Assembly: GCF_009914755.1 (NCBI RefSeq)
Contig: NC_060938.1
From: the human T2T-CHM13v2.0 reference genome, Homo sapiens
DNA length: 64,000 bases
Reading direction: 5' to 3' (one strand)
The notes below the pieces were generated by a model that worked only from the letters and a program-made list of their open reading frames with translations, was not told the DNA's origin and made no database searches. A program made the translations under genes and the position numbers. This document shows, piece after piece, positions 56,349 to 64,000 of this stretch. The stretch's first letter is position 1; the number at the start of each line of letters is the position of its first letter.

Positions 56349-57046
56349 GTTTCCTATGGAGAAACAAAGATTCAAATGACAGTGTATTTCTCCTTAGAAA
56401 CCATCAATTCTTAAACCCAGGAATTTGAGCTTACAATGAGACATGATTGTGTCACAGCATTCTAGCCTGGGTGACAGAGCAAGACTCTGTATCTTTAAAC
56501 AAACAAACAAACACACACACAAACAAACAGAAATCATCAATGCCCAAAGAAAACTGCACAACATTCTTCAAGTGCTGAAAGAAAGGAACTGTCCATCCAG
56601 AATTCTATACCCAGCAAAAATATTCTTTAGGAATAAGGTGAACTCAAGACATTCCCAAATGAAGGAAAACTAAGAAAAGGGGTCATGAGCAGATGTACCC
56701 TAAAAGAATGGCTAATGAAAATTTTTCAAACAGAAAGGAAATGATAAACGAAAGACACATGGAACACAATTAGTGAAAAAAGAACAACAGAAAGAGTAAA
56801 AACATGGGTAAATGTTGACTATCCTTCTCCTAGTCCTTATCCATTCTTAGTGAGTTATCTAATTATGTTTCATATTGAATTACATTGACACCACTAGACT
56901 GAGTTATTTTATGCATGTATAATGTAATCTCTAGAGCAACCATTAAAACATTTGCCGGGTGTGGTGGCTCATGCCTGTAATCCCAGCACTTTGGGAGGCC
57001 AAGGCGGGCGGATCACGAGATCAGGAGATCGAGACCATCCTGGCTA

Positions 57047-57406
<360 letters not shown>

Positions 57407-57473
57407 TCAAATAGCATACTTAATCCCTAACATATCAATAAGTACATTAAATTTAAATGGTTTAACTGTATCA

Positions 57474-57956
<483 letters not shown>

Positions 57957-58029
57957 TTATAGAACTGGAGAGCAGATTAGTGACTGACAGATGTTAAGAA
58001 TGGGGACAGGCACAGAAGGGTAAAGCAAC

Positions 58030-64000
<5,971 letters not shown>

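Overview
Human genomic DNA (Alu/L1/ERV-dense, spliced gene). The left ~24.3 kb is the 5' half of SLC7A8 (LAT2, L-type amino acid transporter light chain) on the minus strand. Coding exons 1-3 lie at 23429-23579, 7004-7208 and 5950-6101, with canonical GT-AG sites and matching phases; the remaining exons are left of the window. Exon 1 has a ~750-nt leader containing five upstream AUGs and the NR-21 MSI mononucleotide tract. The right ~40 kb is almost entirely transposable-element derived: L2, several L1s, a two-LTR MER4-type provirus with nested insertions, MER41A and THE1 solo LTRs, and many Alus. Nearly all ORFs in the supplied track are Alu/L1 artefacts. I see no new protein-coding system. 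The most notable observations are an L1-retroposed, polyadenylated HERV-H (LTR7) 3' fragment with a 17-bp TSD; a microsatellite that sets the reading frame of two overlapping uORFs; a perfect T-MARE and an ERE/FOXA/GATA cluster in introns; an Alu-flanked, frame-preserving exon 2-3 cassette; and candidate divergent plus-strand non-coding exons. Repeat boundaries and subfamily calls were made by eye from remembered consensus sequences and are approximate unless a TSD is quoted.
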